In this document: positions 1-15,650 of the stretch, piece by piece
Layout of the letters: each line of letters opens with the position of its first letter
Numbering within the stretch: position 1 is the stretch's first letter
The notes under the pieces: generated by a model
Database searches by the model: none
Told to the model about the DNA's origin: nothing
What the model saw: the letters and a program-made list of their open reading frames with translations, nothing else
From: the human T2T-CHM13v2.0 reference genome, Homo sapiens
NCBI RefSeq assembly: GCF_009914755.1
Contig: NC_060937.1
Reading direction: 5' to 3' (one strand)
Length of the DNA: 64,000 bases
Made by a program: the position numbers and the translations under genes

Positions 1-99
1 GAACTTAATACCTTGCCTACTACCATTCAGGAGGTCCCCAATAAATGTTCCTGAGTAAAGAAATCAATCAGCAAATTATAAGACAAAATGAATTAAGTG

Positions 100-180
100 C
101 TAAGTGGTTAAAAACGCAAGTTCTGAGTCAGAATGCTGGGCTCAAATCCTTCTTTGCCACTTACTAGCTGAGTAAACTTA
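100..180 (+). mobile_element. MIR fragment
   Basis: GAGTCAGA...CTGGGCTCAAATCC...TGCCACTTACTAGCTGAGT resembles the MIR 5' core. Confidence 0.6.
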
Positions 181-232
181 CGTACAGAGAATAGAGTCGC
201 CTCAAGCAACAGGAGATTTTGAGTAGGGATCC

Positions 233-802
233 TGTGATAGATAATTTTATGTGACAACTTGGTTAGGCTATGATGCCCAGTTGTTCAGCCAAACACCAGT
301 CTAGATATTACTGTGAAGGTATTTTTAAGATGTAATTATATTTAAATCAGTAAACTGATTAAAACAGATTACCCTGCATAATGTTATGGGCCTTATTCAA
401 TCAGTTGAAGGTATTAAGAAGAAAAACGGAGGTTTCCCAAAGAACGGATTCTTCTCAAGACAGTAACATAGAAACCCTTCCTGGGACTGAGTTTCCAGCC
501 TGCTGCCCTGCAGAATTTGTACCCAGGACTGCAACATCAACTCTTACCTGAATTTCAAGAATCCAAGCCCTACAAATTTAAGACTTTCAACTCCCCAAAA
601 ATCATGAGTCAATTTCTTAAAATAAATACCTCTCTCAATAGATAAATACATATATAAAGATATATATAAAACACATGCTATATGTATATAATCATGATAT
701 ATAACATTATACAATATATAATTATATTCTAATATAAAATTTACAAATATATAATCATACATATAATATTGATTCTGTTTCTCTAGATAACTCTGGCTAA
801 CA
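233..802 (+). mobile_element. MLT2-family solo LTR (ERVL) with internal AT-rich expansion
   Basis: Begins TGTGATAGATAATTTTATGTGACAACTTGG; contains CAGATTACCCTGCATAATG; ends GATTCTGTTTCTCTAGATAACTCTGGCTAACA; (TA)-rich tract at ~640-770. Confidence 0.85.
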
Positions 803-2049
803 TAGATATATACTAGGGAACCCAGGAGAAGTCAACAGTCCTGCCTTACATAGAAAACAAATGCTTGAGTCAGGCTCATGGAGACAGGACCAATCAGATA
901 CCCATTCACCTAGAACCTCAGCAGCAGGAGTGTGTGGCTTCTCATTCTAGGGCTTTGCCATCAAAGTGGCTCTGCAAATTCCTTTGAGTCTCTTTTATTT
1001 TCTTGGAGCTACAGACTGGCTCGTCATATGCCAATCTGTTTGTCCATTCTCTGCCTTGCATCTTCTGCTCACTCTTAGTTTCTGCTTCCTCAGAAAGTTT
1101 CATTTGGTCTGTTGTGACCCTCATGGCCTAAAACTACTCCATGGCTTTTCTCTGAGCAATCTTTCAGCTTCAGCTCTCGTGGCTGGCTGCTTCCCTATCA
1201 TGATAATTCACAGATCACATTACCCAGAGAAGTCAGTTGGCATAGTTCATTTTGGGGGCCATATCATGGTTTAGGTCTCTGGGTAGCCTAGGAATTGGCT
1301 TCCCTTGGGACCCATCTCTGGGACAATTAAAGACGAGAGTCATAGATGCCAAGCATGGCCATCTGGGACTGTTTCTTCCTGGAAAACTGTAAAAAGCTGC
1401 CTTGGAAGAAGCTGTGAGTCCATGATGACATGTCTACAAAAGAGGAAAATGATACGGGCAGTAAAGCGAGCAGCCACGAGATGATGACCAGCATAGGAGC
1501 TCTCAGCCCACCCTTGCAAAGGGAGCAACTGGCACCACCAATGGCTGTAACAGCGACCACTTCTTACCTATACTCGGTTCTTCTCAGGAACAGGGAATAT
1601 TTGAAAGTTCCATTGGTTGCAATAATGAGAGAGATTGAGTCAGATGATGGCAGTAGTCATAGAGTTCTTATGAATAATATTCACATACTAGTCAAGCATT
1701 CGTAGTATTCTGGTGAGCCCTATTATTTTATATTATTTGTACCTTATTAGATTGGGGAGCCTGAAGAAATGCTTATGCTTTTGCGGGGAGGTGGTATTTC
1801 ACCAGAAGCAGTCCAAATTCTGGTGCAATGTTGTTTTACACCATAGACTAACTTCCCTTTCTGGAATTCAGCTCTTTGATAATAGGGAAAATTAAAGTAA
1901 GACTTCTAAATGATCTCAGTGGTATCAGTGTGGGCCCTTACAGATCACATCTGTTTGGGAAATATTGGGAAATACTGCTGGACTACTACGTAGCAAGGAT
2001 ATCACTAAGTAGGCTGATTTTACAGCATCTGGGTTGGTACCGAGATGTA

Positions 2050-2252
2050 CCTTCCAGTACTGGAGCCACTCATTGTATGTGGCTAATTACATGTAAGTGA
2101 AATTAAATCAAATTAAGTTACAAATTTAGTTCTCAGTTGCATTAGCCACATTTCAAGTGCCCAATAGCCACATTGGGCAAACAGGCTATTATATTGAACT
2201 GTGCAGATTTAGAACATTTCCACCATCACAGAAACGTCTATTGGACGGTACT
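2050..2252 (-). mobile_element. MER3 (hAT-Charlie DNA transposon)
   Basis: TAGCCACATTTCAAGTGCCCAATAGCCACAT...AGAACATTTCCACCATCACAGAAA...TCTATTGGAC matches the reverse complement of MER3. Confidence 0.85.
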
Positions 2253-3884
2253 AGTATGGCACGCTCACTGTGATATTGAGGGTAAAGGAATGGGAACACA
2301 GTCTTACCAGAGCTTCCCTTACAGAATGATGAACTTAGATTTCTAGGAACATACTTGTGGAGAGAGCTGCCAGGAAAGGGATTTATAAGTCCCTCACCTC
2401 AGATACTGAATTTTTAAAGAAGCTGATCCATTTCTTAGGAAGTGAAATGAATGTGCTGGAAGATATGGCCAAAGCACCAGAGCATGAAATCACCCTGCAG
2501 TCCCAAGCCCCATCGTGTCATGAGGAAGGTGTGCCCAGATACTGGGGTACAAGTGGAGTGCATAATTCAACAGTCCCTTAGAGAAGCCATGAAAATCAGA
2601 AAATTGGTGATTTTCTAAAGAAAACCTGTACCAGTTCCTGAGAAACAGATTTTTGGTAGCTGGCTAAAACATATACTTTAGATGAAGGATGGTGAGTTTA
2701 AGGGAAGAAAACCACAGAGTTCCATAGTTTGGGCGTCCTGTGGAATGCAGCCAGGTTCTTGGGCAATACTGAGGATTCATACTCAGGTGTTGCATGCTGT
2801 GGGAAACTTAACCACTTAGGCAGCACAAAGAAAAAAGACTAGACACATTAGCATAAAGAGTGTAAGAGGACTTGGTAAGTAACGAGCTGGGAGGGCTTCC
2901 AGGCCTACTATCACCAGAGTTGACAGTTACAACAAGAACAATTACCCCAGGACTCCACCAAGGTCAGAGGGGACAAGGGGGCAACAAGGTTCCCACATTT
3001 GAGCCTCAGACTTCACATTCTTTTCTTGTTTAGTCAACAGTATTATGAGTCACATTCTTTTCCTTTATTAACTTTCTCATAATGGGAAAATAACTATCTA
3101 CATTTAATAATTATAGACTCCAGGAATATTTATTTTACTCCTTTCATTGTAATCTTTATCAGTCAAGTTCTTTTAACCTATTGGATTAGAAACCAGTGGC
3201 CAATAGTAAGTAAAGCCCATAATTACATACATTCCAGTTTGCTGCCAATGGCTCCAGTTCACATTGTTGTCCAGAAGTTATGGTCAATAGTGCCCCATTT
3301 CACTCATAAAAGCCCAAGTTTGGACAATAAATAATGCAGTCACCTACTCATAACGCTATTCCCTAAGTATGTTCCAAAATGCCAAGGGCAAGATGTGTTG
3401 TTTTTCCAAGGCTGGCGGTTTTAATACCACCATCTCAGCAAGGTCAGCTTGGGTGGAAGACATGACTTCACCAGGTCAGCACTGCTCACCATTTTCAAAG
3501 CTACTCCATTTTTATGCCTTTTTTTAACCTCTCTGTACTTCTCAAATTCAATTTTAGTGCCAATTTTGTTTAGCACAGTCTTCTTCCTGTCCATTCTTCA
3601 AGATTTTTATTTTCCCTTTGGCTTTCTATTTTCTTATCTCGGTTGTCTATTTTTCTACATTTACTGTAATGTGTGCTTTCTATTTGTGGCTTCTTTCTTC
3701 CCACATTCAATTCGTCTGTCATATTTTAAATGACTATGTTTGAGTAAATGATAGCATTTCACAAGTATCCACTGGTAGAATGAGCAACATCTGATAACTA
3801 ACCTTTTTATTCTACCTCATATCTATTGAACTTTAGCCTGATAGGTTAAACTTCCTAGTGCTTTCAAAAATAACTGAAAAGTAG

Positions 3885-4080
3885 TAGCCTGCTGATAAAT
3901 AGCTATCCATCAGCCCCAGGGGAGTTAGGGCCAGGAGGGGTCCTGATTTGCAGTGTTTGCTGATTTCCATGGTATAAATACCCTCATCGTGGACAATTTT
4001 AGCCTACAACCTAACCTCAACCAGTTAGCAAAATGTGTAAAAATGGAACAGTTGTCTGTGATGTGCCCGTGTGACATAGT
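3885..4080. mobile_element. MER63-like hAT element
   Basis: CCTGATTTGCAGTGTTTGCTGATTTCCATGGTATAAATACCCTCA resembles the MER63 core. Confidence 0.6.
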
Positions 4081-5028
4081 TCTCACAGGTCACTGCAAAA
4101 CCCTTGGCAGAGATATGGAACATAAAGTCCTAAAAAGCAAATTGCGTAATAAATAATTATTCTAAGTGTGTGAATTCTGAATTATCATAAAAGAAAAATA
4201 AGCCTATATCTAACAAATAACATATAAGATTCTATGTGAAAACTAGAAAAGTCAATAGGAGCTATTTCTGGTATATAAAAGTACCAATGTGGTGAGTTAA
4301 CTGGGTTCTAATTCCCCTTGCTACCCACCAAAGATCATTCCCAAATCGCAAACACATTATTATGTGAGGATAGTACTCCAGGCTCCATGACTGCCACACT
4401 AAAGCAAATCCATGGGCCAGCAAACTTCCATGAGCTGGAACTGAGCCTCCAGGCAGAAAGGAAAAAAAAAAAAAAAAAAAAAATCAGACACTTTCAGAGC
4501 TGTACATCAATGCACTAGCTATTGAAAATCCTTTGGCAGTCAGCAAAAGTTATAAGATTGCCTTTTCTCTGTTCTAAGAGATTGCAGAAGGCCTAAAGTT
4601 TACATTTGGGATCAGTGATTTTTTTCACAGATCTAAGCACTATTTCTATTCAAAGCCAATTTACAGCTTTGTTTAGTCCTAGTGGCTTAATATATAATAG
4701 AGAATAAAGCAGGTTAGAAGTAGGAAAAGCCCTTTGAGGCATAAATAATTTAAGCATTACTCACATCAATTCAAATGCTTTAATCAAATGTAAGAGATTC
4801 TACACAGAATTCACTAACTAGACACACCAGTAAAAGGCAAAATAAATATTTTCTAGAGAATGTTCTGTCGCAACACAGCATTACCTCCAAACTAAAAATA
4901 TTTGGCCTGTGGGAAAAAGCCTAAAGGCTGAAAATTTACTGACTCCAAATTTATTAAGGTAATCATAGGTGTCTCAGTCACATATATTATTGTGGATTTA
5001 AAAAAAAAAATCCTTATGCTAAAATGTG

Positions 5029-5344
<316 letters not shown>

Positions 5345-5368
5345 CTATAGAATACCATTCAGCCTTTA

Positions 5369-6409
<1,041 letters not shown>

Positions 6410-6704
6410 ATACCACATGATCTTACTTGTATGTGAGATCTAAAAACATTAAACTCACAGAAGTAGAGAGTAGAATGGCAGTTATTGGGGTGTAAAGGGG
6501 ACAGGGGTTAAGGAGATGTTTGTCAAAGGATACAAAATTTCCATTAGATGGAAGGAGAAAGTTCAAGAGATCTATTGCACAACATGGTGACTGCAGTTAA
6601 TGATGACATATTATATACTTGAAAATCACCAAGAAAGTAGATTTTCAGTGTTCTCACCACAAAATATAAGAGGTAATGCATATAATAAGTAGCTCGATTT
6701 AGCC

Positions 6705-6741
<37 letters not shown>

Positions 6742-6804
6742 TTCAAAACCTCATGATGTGCATGATAAATATATATAATTTTGACTTGCCAATTTAAAAA
6801 TTAA

Positions 6805-7106
<302 letters not shown>

Positions 7107-7829
7107 AAAAATCAATTTTTAGAAGTAAAAACCCTTATCCTAAACATCACAGAAATTAGATTAAAAATAAAATAGGCCAGGCGCAGTGGCTCACGCCTTT
7201 TCCTTCCACATCTTTCCATTTTGTTGTACTTCTTATGATAATTATTTTATGATAACCATTTGTAGCATGAGAAAAGTTATTTTAAATTCAACAAAAATAT
7301 TGACTCACTCATATGTCTATAAGTAAACACTATATAGTTCTCATGAAGGAAATGTTGGAACTAAAAAGGGTCAAAGAAAAGTAACGGGAAAGGTCAGAAA
7401 AATGGGTAATAAGTTAGTACTATCATATATGGGAGTTATTTTTAAATTTCTGAAACACACAGACAGGGAATGCCACAACTGATGCAGGCCCAGCTGGAGC
7501 TAAATGGATAGAGCTCCTGACTGGGACAGGGCAGAGGCCCAGGCCAGCTCCATCATCTCTGATCTCCCTCTCAGCCAAAACCTTTCAGAGTCATCTTCCC
7601 TTCCTACCTCCATTCCTGCCTCCCCATTTACTCTTTAACTCACCATAAACTTGCCTGTTCCCCTTAATTTCCTCCCCCAGCTCCACAAAAAAATGCCTTT
7701 GCCGCTGCCATCAATGTTGTCTCTGTTGTCAAATGCAGTAGTCATACTCAACCCTTGTCTTATATGAATGACCCCCCAGCCACAATTAACTCCTTGCACA
7801 TCTCTTTCCCTGAATCCTGTGACACGCCC

Positions 7830-8340
7830 AGTGACAGATAAACTATCAATTGTCTACCCAGCAGGGGTTACCCCATGCACACATGCATGGCACCTTGCCA
7901 ACACAGTGCCAGTTGTGTTTGGAGGAAGTAGGCTTCTCCCCTAGCTCCAAGAGATGAACCATCTTGGCTCAAACCAATCCTCATGTAATCTCATTCCTCA
8001 TGGCTGTAATGGGTGCAGGAATTGGTACATACAGCCCAGCTTTGGCCAATGAGATCTGAGGATAAATTCCTCCCAATGCTCAATTCATGCTCTTGAACTC
8101 AGTTTTTGATGTTTGGCTCTGTGACAGCTTTTTCTGGGGGGGAGGGGAGGTGGGGGATGACCATGAGAGGAAAGCCAGGATAATGAACAGCTAACAGAGC
8201 ACTGATGTGAAAGACATGCTGAATTAACCCTGGAATCACTTACGCCTGGATTTCCTGTATGTGAGACAGTAAGTCCTTATTGACTAAGCCACTCTTAGGG
8301 GTTCAGCTCCTTGCAGCCAAAGGTATCTTAGTTGATACTG
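7830..8340 (+). mobile_element. Old MLT1 (J/K/L-like) MaLR LTR within L2 remnants
   Basis: TTTGGCCAATGAGATCTGAG and terminal TGTGAGAC...TAAGCCACT...TTGCAGCCAAAGGTATCTTAGTTGATAC. Confidence 0.6.
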
Positions 8341-8639
8341 ACATGTTCTCCCTTCTCAGCTTCCATTCTCACCCACCTGTTCTTCAGGCCCTTTCCTGAT
8401 CTCTATACCCTTTGCATATTAGTAGTCTGGAGTTTCACCCTTGGCTTCCTTCTTTTATTATTCTATTCACTTTCTCTTTGTGCTTTCTCTCTTCCACTTG
8501 GATGATTTCAACTATACATATTTGTTTATAGGTATATATAAATATTTATTAAGGACCTACTATGAGCCAGATCCTGTTCCATGTTCTATATTCTGTGGAT
8601 ATACTGATAAATAAGACCACTGTTTCCCTAGACAAAAGA

Positions 8640-8808
8640 ACATATGTATATGTATATGTATATGTTTATGTATATGTATATGTATGTGTGTGCATGTGTA
8701 TATATATGTAAATACTCATATGCAATATATGTGTGTATAGATATGTAAATACTCATATGCACATGTGTGTGTGTATATATATACGCATATAGATATGCAT
8801 ATATATAA
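8640..8808. repeat. (TATATG)n/(TG)n/(TA)n compound microsatellite
   Basis: Directly visible. Confidence 0.9.
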
Positions 8809-8849
8809 AGGGGAGGAGGAAAGGGAAGGGGTTGAGGTTGAAGAATTTT

Positions 8850-9870
8850 TCATATTTTTAGTTATTCAAATGTTATTTTGCCTCCTTTTCTATAGGAATG
8901 TCTTTTGCTTATTGATTTAGAAGAGTTTTTTATTTTGTACACTATTCCTCTTTTCCTCTTTTTCTATTCTCTAAGTGTGTACAGTATTGGACATTCGTTT
9001 CTTAAAGATTTTGTAAAACTTCTGGTAAAGTTATCTAAGCACATAGTGTTCACTATGTAACACTATAAAAGTCTTTTTATTTCACCTTGGGTCAGTTTGC
9101 GGGAGCTATACTTTTCTAGGATTTCATCTATATTTTCAAATTTATTAACTTAAAATTTTTCTGAAATATATAAATTGAAGACTAAAAATTTCCCTCTGCA
9201 TACAGCTTTGGTTACACTTTCTATATGTAGTGTCTTTATTTGGATGTTGTTCTAAGTACCTTCTTATTTCTGCTACAATTTTTTCTTTGATCATGAGTTA
9301 TTTAGAAATTTTTCTTAATTTTCACATACATTAATTTTTTCCAGTTATCTTTTTGTTCGTGATTTCTAACTTAACTGTATTTGTTGTCATAAAATATGCT
9401 CTGTATTATTTTAATCTTTAAATGTGTTTTGACTTCCATTATGGCCCAAGTTATATCAATTTGTATAACTAACCCAATTGTTCTTAAAAAGAAATACATT
9501 CTCCAGTTCTTGAATGATCATTACAGCAAATTTGTTAATATGTTTTTCAAATTGTCTCTCTTAGATTTTGCTGTTAGTTACTAAGAGAGACGTGTTCAAA
9601 TTTCTCATGATGATTGTTGACTTGTTTATTTCTCTCCCTAGTTGTCATTTTGCTTTGTATATTTTGAAGCTGTATTATTAGGTGCATCCAAATCTAAAAG
9701 TATTACATGGCTCTAGAGAATTGAACATGTTATCCTTATCCCTAAAAATGATTTTTTGCTTTAAATTTTATTTTTTAATGAATTAATATACGTATACTAG
9801 CTTTCTTTTTGTGGGAATTTGCCCGATTTGTCTTTTTTTATCCTTTTAGTTCCAATCTTTCTTTATCATC
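8850..9870 (-). mobile_element. Old L1M (L1ME-like) fragments
   Basis: T-rich, with antisense ORF2-like motifs such as TTTTGCTTTGTATATTTTGAAGCTGTATTATTAGGTGCAT. Confidence 0.7.
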
Positions 9871-11011
9871 TCCAGTGCTTTTTAAATGATTCCATAATAC
9901 TGTTACCACTGTAATGCTCTAATTATAGTTTTAGCTTCCAAAATAAGATTATTCACTCCTCAAATGAAACAAAAAACAGAACTGGCATTTCTGAAATTAT
10001 GGTGTGTGGTTTTGAATATGATTGGTTTGCTATGGTAAACCCTGTTTTTCGTCTAAAAACCAGTTCTTGTTTTTCCTGAGCTCATGGGTCCTGCTGGAAA
10101 AACCTATCCGTGTGGGTGGATGGCAGGGCAGGAAGAGGGAAGATGTGGCCAGGAGAGGTGGTGGTGGGTAAGCAATGCTAAGTGTAGGTCGTGTTTGGCA
10201 AATCCTGATGCCTACAAGGGCCAAACAGGTAATTTAAGCAATTATGTGAGACGAGAGAGAACTGGTGATTACTTGTCCTTCTAAAGGCAGTTATTTGTCA
10301 TCAGTTGTTACCCTGTTGAGACGCTGCAGATCTTTTTCAAGATAAACCTGAATCTAGACCTGGATGGGAAATCTACTGAATTTGAAAAATTGGCAGCTAA
10401 TTCATTTATTTAAATATACGATATCTGTTCCCTACATTTGCAAATTCTGGCCTCCACCTACAAATTCTGGCAAGGATCACACTTAAAGAAGGAGAAAAGT
10501 TGGAAAAGGTCTTTCCCCATTCCGGCTTACCCTATAATGGGCTTACTCACTCCTCTTTGTACAGGGAAATTCCTCCTGAGAAACATAAGCCTAAGGCATT
10601 TCTTAGCTCTTGGGAAATGGGTTTTTGGGATAACTTGGTCTGGTCAACTGCACAAACATCATGTTGTATTGCTTCTCTGGAGGCAAAAATGGAAAATGGT
10701 AGGAAGTAAGAATAGGTGCTTAAAAATGAAGAGTTACCAAAACAACCAAATTGTAGCAATGAAAACAAAATACAAAAGTTTGTCTGGGGTGCCTGTTGAC
10801 AGCACTATGCCAACATCCAAATTTGTACTAATCTCTCTAACCTCAGCCCAAGTTAGTCCAGTCTGGAAACTAACTCATCCACCTTTCTCTATGCAGTTCA
10901 TGAGAAAAAAAAATATGGAAAAAAAGAAGAAAGGAAAAGAAAATATGCCCCAAAATATATGATATGTACCTGCAGGCATATGCACATACCAAGTCCTTAA
11001 TTCTTCTGCTC

Positions 11012-11298
11012 TTTCGTTTTCTGATGGAGTTTCACTGTTTCTCAGGCTGGAGTGCAGTGGCACAATCATAGCTCACTGCAGGCTTGAACTCTTGGACTCA
11101 GGCAATCCTCCAGCCTCAGTCTTCCAAGTAGCTGGGACTATAGGCAGGTGTTACCATGCCTGGCTAATTTTTTTTTTTGGTAGAGATGGGGTCCTGCTTT
11201 GTTGCCCAGGCTGATCTCAAACTCCTGGCCTCAGGGGAACCTCCCACCTTAGCCTTCCAAAGTGCTGAGACTACAGGCATGAGCCACCATGCCCAGCC
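11012..11298 (-). mobile_element. AluJ
   Basis: Diverged reverse Alu with J-type ATCATAGCTCACTGCAG...GGCAATCCTCC. Confidence 0.9.
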
Positions 11299-11519
11299 TG
11301 GTTATTATTTTACAATAATAAAATATTTGTGTAATATCTCCAAGGAATCTTTAGAATATACACTGCCACCAAGAGAAGGTGATTCAATGACTGGCTGAAC
11401 AAAAAGGTGTTCTTTAGAAAGAAAAAAAAGGATTGATCTCTTACCACTTACAAATCACTTTTAGTAACATTTATATATGCTATTTTATGTAGTGTTCAAA
11501 AAAAAAAAAAACTATGAGG

Positions 11520-11660
11520 TCCTTCCATTTTATAGTAAGAAAACTGAAGCACAAAGAAGATAAATGACTCACCAAGGTCATAGATTTAATAAGGGTTAGT
11601 GCCAGGATTGAAAACTAGGTCTCCTGTGTCGAAATCCTGCATTTTCCACTCTATCACACC
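11520..11660 (-). mobile_element. MIR
   Basis: CCATTTTATAG...AAAACTGAAGCACAAAGA...TGACTCACCAAGGTCA. Confidence 0.75.
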
Positions 11661-12917
11661 TTCTCTGGCTGACAATCCAATGAGAATCTCAGCTCCAGCA
11701 GCCTGGTTCTTAGATAGCCAGGACTTCTGACAAAGTGTGAGAGCTGGGAAGTGCCAGTGTCAAGAACTCAAAACAGTAGGAAGTCAGAAGTGAGCAGCAG
11801 GACTCACAGCATGGAGCAAAGGCATGGCCTCTGGAGGGTTGCAAGGAAATACTTACATGTGATTTCTAAAAAACCAAAATTGTTATTTCTCACCTTCCCT
11901 ACAATCGATTCCGCCTGTCCTTCCCTCCAGATAGAGACCAGGTATCCACATTACTTCTGTGAACACCAATTTCATTTTACTCTAAATTCAAAGAAACTAA
12001 ATTTCTATTTCCCATCTTTCATTTCCTTTTCCACAACCCAATCAATCATTTCATTATTTTAGCTTAGCAAATTTCAACTTTATCTAAGATCATTTCACTA
12101 TCTACCTTCTGATATTTTTAGTATATTAAGTAGGTAAGTTAATATGTATTGCCTCAGTTAAAGAAAATATACTCAGCTGGAGTATGTTTTCATCGTAGTT
12201 TCATCTGCTTTCATCGTAGTTTCAATTAATAAAATTGTTTTTACTCATATTTTAAAATACTGATCATATAAAGCATATATGTCTACCATGCTATTCTGGC
12301 ACATTTTTTGACTGGTTATAGGATAATTGCATTGAATTAGTTGTACAAAAAAAATTGAGGTTTTTTTCTTAGGTAAAATAAACAAATGAACAACAGAGTG
12401 TGTTGTTAGATGATTTTCATTTTCTTCAACATGCACAATATAAAATTTCTCAGGTAACTGTGATAGAAGAGATTTCACTGGAAAATAAAATCCATAATTC
12501 ATTAGTCATCTCTCTGGTTAGTTCTCAGATTGTCCCTTCAGAGGATCCTATAATTATTTTCATCATTTCCACTATCAAAGTTTTATTTTACACATAAAAA
12601 TTATACATGTATAACCCATCTCTCAACATAATGAGAGGTTTGGGGGATCCGTTCTGAAGTGAGAAGCTTCTCTCTCAATTTGATCTCAGGCCCACCTTGC
12701 TCACAACTGCTTTGTATCTCTGAAACTCCATAAGGGCTTTAATTAAATATTTTATATCAAAGACATTGTCATATTTTCTTCAATCAGTACCTACTGCAGT
12801 GCCTTAGAATGAATTATGGAAGGAAGGGAGAGACCACGTGAAAACTGTAAAGTACTAGGTACTTCCCACAAACAAAATTAAGCATTCAGTGTACATTTAC
12901 AAATGACTCAAACCTGT

Positions 12918-13601
12918 TGATATGGTTTGGACCAGTGTCTCCAGCAAATCTCACGTCAAATTGTAATCCCCAGTGTTGAGGTGGGAGGTGACTGGATCAT
13001 GGGGGCAGACTTCTCAGGATGGGTTTAGCGCCATTCCCATTGGTACTGTCTTCACAATCATGAATGAGTTCTCATGAGATCTGGTTCTTTTTTTTTTTTT
13101 TTTTTTTTTTGAGACAGAGTCTTGCTCTGTTGCCCGGGCTGGAGGACAGTCATGCAATATCTTGGTGCACTGCAACCTCCATCTCCCAGGTTTAAGCAAT
13201 TCTCCTGCCTCAGCCTCCTGAGTAGCTGGGATTACAGATGCGTGTCATCACACCTGGATAATTTTTTGTATTTTTAGTAGAGACGGGGTTTCACCATGTT
13301 GGCCAGGCTGGTCTCAAACTCCTGGCCTCAAGTGATCCGCCCACCTCAGCCTCCCAGATCTGGTTCTTTAAAATTGTGTGGCACCACCTCCCTCCTCTCT
13401 CTCTTGCTCCTCCAACCACATGATGTGCCTGCTCCCCCTTCGCTTTCTGACATGATTGGAAGCTTCCTGAAGCCTCCCCAAAGCAGAAGCTGCTATGCTT
13501 CCTGTCAAGCCTGCAGAACCATGAGCCAGTGAAACCTCTTTTCTTCATAAATTACCCAGTTCAGGTATTGCTTCATAGCAATACAAGAACGGACTAATAT
13601 A
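12918..13601 (+). mobile_element. MSTA-like MaLR solo LTR split by an Alu
   Basis: TGATATGGTTTGG start; AAATTACCCAGT-TCAGGTATT...GGACTAATA end; 5-bp flanks CCTGT/CCTAT. Confidence 0.85.
13088..13355 (-). mobile_element. 5'-truncated AluS inside the MST LTR
   Basis: Poly-T tail; lacks about the first 45 nt; TSD AGATCTGGTTCTTT at 13077-13090 and 13356-13369. Confidence 0.93.
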
Positions 13602-14726
13602 CCTATCTTTGAAGAGAGTTCTCCCATGGTTTTTGGGAAAATAGAATCATTTACATTTAACTGAGAATTTACTTAATAATTTTTGTTATGAGGTTGTAAG
13701 TCTTCAAAAAATATTTGCTTATTGATATCTTGTAGCAAACACATAGCCACATACAGCATGTATTGAAATTCTTTGCAAAAGAAAACCATTTCAGTTTTTC
13801 CAACTTGATTATAAAGTTCTGACTGTACCCTATAAGAAGCAGTTACAATGAGGGGTCAATTACTATAAAAAGAATTATATTTCTCTGGTTTTTAATATAA
13901 AAATTCATGAAGTACTTTTATGAAGAATATTTTTCAAATTTCTAGCAGTTTGTTTCATCCATATTTCCAGGACCTTTGGCTGAAATTAAAATCCATTAGC
14001 TTTTCTGAAACATTTCACTGGGTACCACAACTGGTGTAAAAATAGGCTCCCCTCAAAGCCCACATTATCCTCAGTGACATTTATATTACAGTGTCATATA
14101 ACTCACAAGCTAGCCCCAGTGAATCATGGCCAAATAACAGCAGAGGAAGTAAAGGTGAAGCCTGACAGCATTCTGCTATTGACTAAAGAGGATAAGGACA
14201 CTCTGACTGTATTTTCCCCACTTTAGCCCAGAATTACAATATTCTGTAACTCATACCAGTAGCCACTCTAAAGAGTGTAATTTCAATTCTAAGGTACCTT
14301 ACTGAACACTATTTTATGCTGATAAGATACAGTGCCTCTATCTGTCTCACAGAAATTGGAAAAGGGAGTAAAACAGTGAAATGAGAAATGTTTAAAACAT
14401 AGCAGAGAATATTCTCTCTCCTTCTTGGAATATTGAGTCTTCTAAATTATTTATTTATATGTTTTGTCCCATATCTGTAAACCACTTAAGCAGATCCAAT
14501 GAACCTACACATTTTATGTACTCTACTAGTCATCAGTTGCCCAAACAGAAAATACTCAGTAGAATAAATTGATCACAAATGAGATACCAAATGAAAAATA
14601 TCAAGTAAATTAATAATTCATTTCCAGGAGTAAAAAAAAAAAAAATACAGTGCCATTAAGATACTAGAATCATGAATCTATAAATAAACTACCTGTCCAA
14701 GAATGACAGGGTAAACTCTCCAAGAC

Positions 14727-15197
14727 TATATTCATTTCCTATGACTGTTGAAACAAATTGCCACAGAATTGGTGGCTTAAAACAACAGAAATATATTCTC
14801 TCACAGTCCAGAGGGTGACCCAGATGTCCAAAATCAGTTTTACTAGGCTGAAATTAAGGTGTTGGCAGGGTCACCCTCCCTCTAGGGAAAAATGCATTCT
14901 TGCCTCTTACAGTTTCTGGTGGCTGCAGCGTTCTTTGGCTTACAGCCGTATCATTGCAATCTCTGCCTCTGTGTTCACGTGGCCTCCTCCTGGTCTGTCT
15001 GTGTTCAAATCTCCCTCTGCCTCTCCTTTGTAAGGACACTTCCGATGGCACTTAGGGCCCACAAGGATACCCAGAATAATCTCCCTATATCAAAATCCTT
15101 AACATCTGCAAAGCCACTTTATTCATGATTACCGGTTCCAGGAATTAGGATGTAGATACCTTTGGGGAAAAAGGTATCATTTTTCAGCCTGCTACGC
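14727..15197 (-). mobile_element. MLT1C/D-like MaLR LTR
   Basis: ACAAATTGCCACAGAATTGGTGGCTTAAAACAACAGAAAT...ATAATCTCCCTATATCAAAATCCTTAAC. Confidence 0.8.
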
Positions 15198-15650
15198 AGA
15201 GCAAGACCACAGTTAAAGCATTTAAATGGAAGCAAAGAAAATGGTGAAAAGAAACCTGAGTTATGCACAAGCCTCACACAATGCCCTTCTCATGTCATGG
15301 CTGTGTAATGTCAGCTGTTTGGAAACCCATGCTCAGGGTCTCAATCACAATGATTTTTAGGTCAATGGATTATCTGCCTTCAAGGCGATTACTGACCGAT
15401 TAAGAAATTGATTCCCCTATTGTATATCTAACAAGAAAGATATTTCTAATGTGAGGGGGCAATATTTTCACTTGACGGTGAAGTAGGACAGAACACGTTC
15501 TCTGATTATTCTGTAAGACTTTTTATAAAAGCATTTCAGCTCAAAAGTTGCCTAGACACCTATGTTTTGTAAAAATCGTCCACATGATAGCGTCGCTGAC
15601 ATAGATAGTTACAAATAGGAAGGCAGACTTTATTTCAAAAAGTCAGACCA

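Noticed and set aside
10438-10962. 174-aa plus-strand ORF
   Set aside because: TTG start, no domain resemblance and no promoter or exon context; a chance ORF.
12188-12224. Direct repeat TTTCATCGTAGTTTCA twice
   Set aside because: Ordinary ~21-bp micro-duplication with no further structure.
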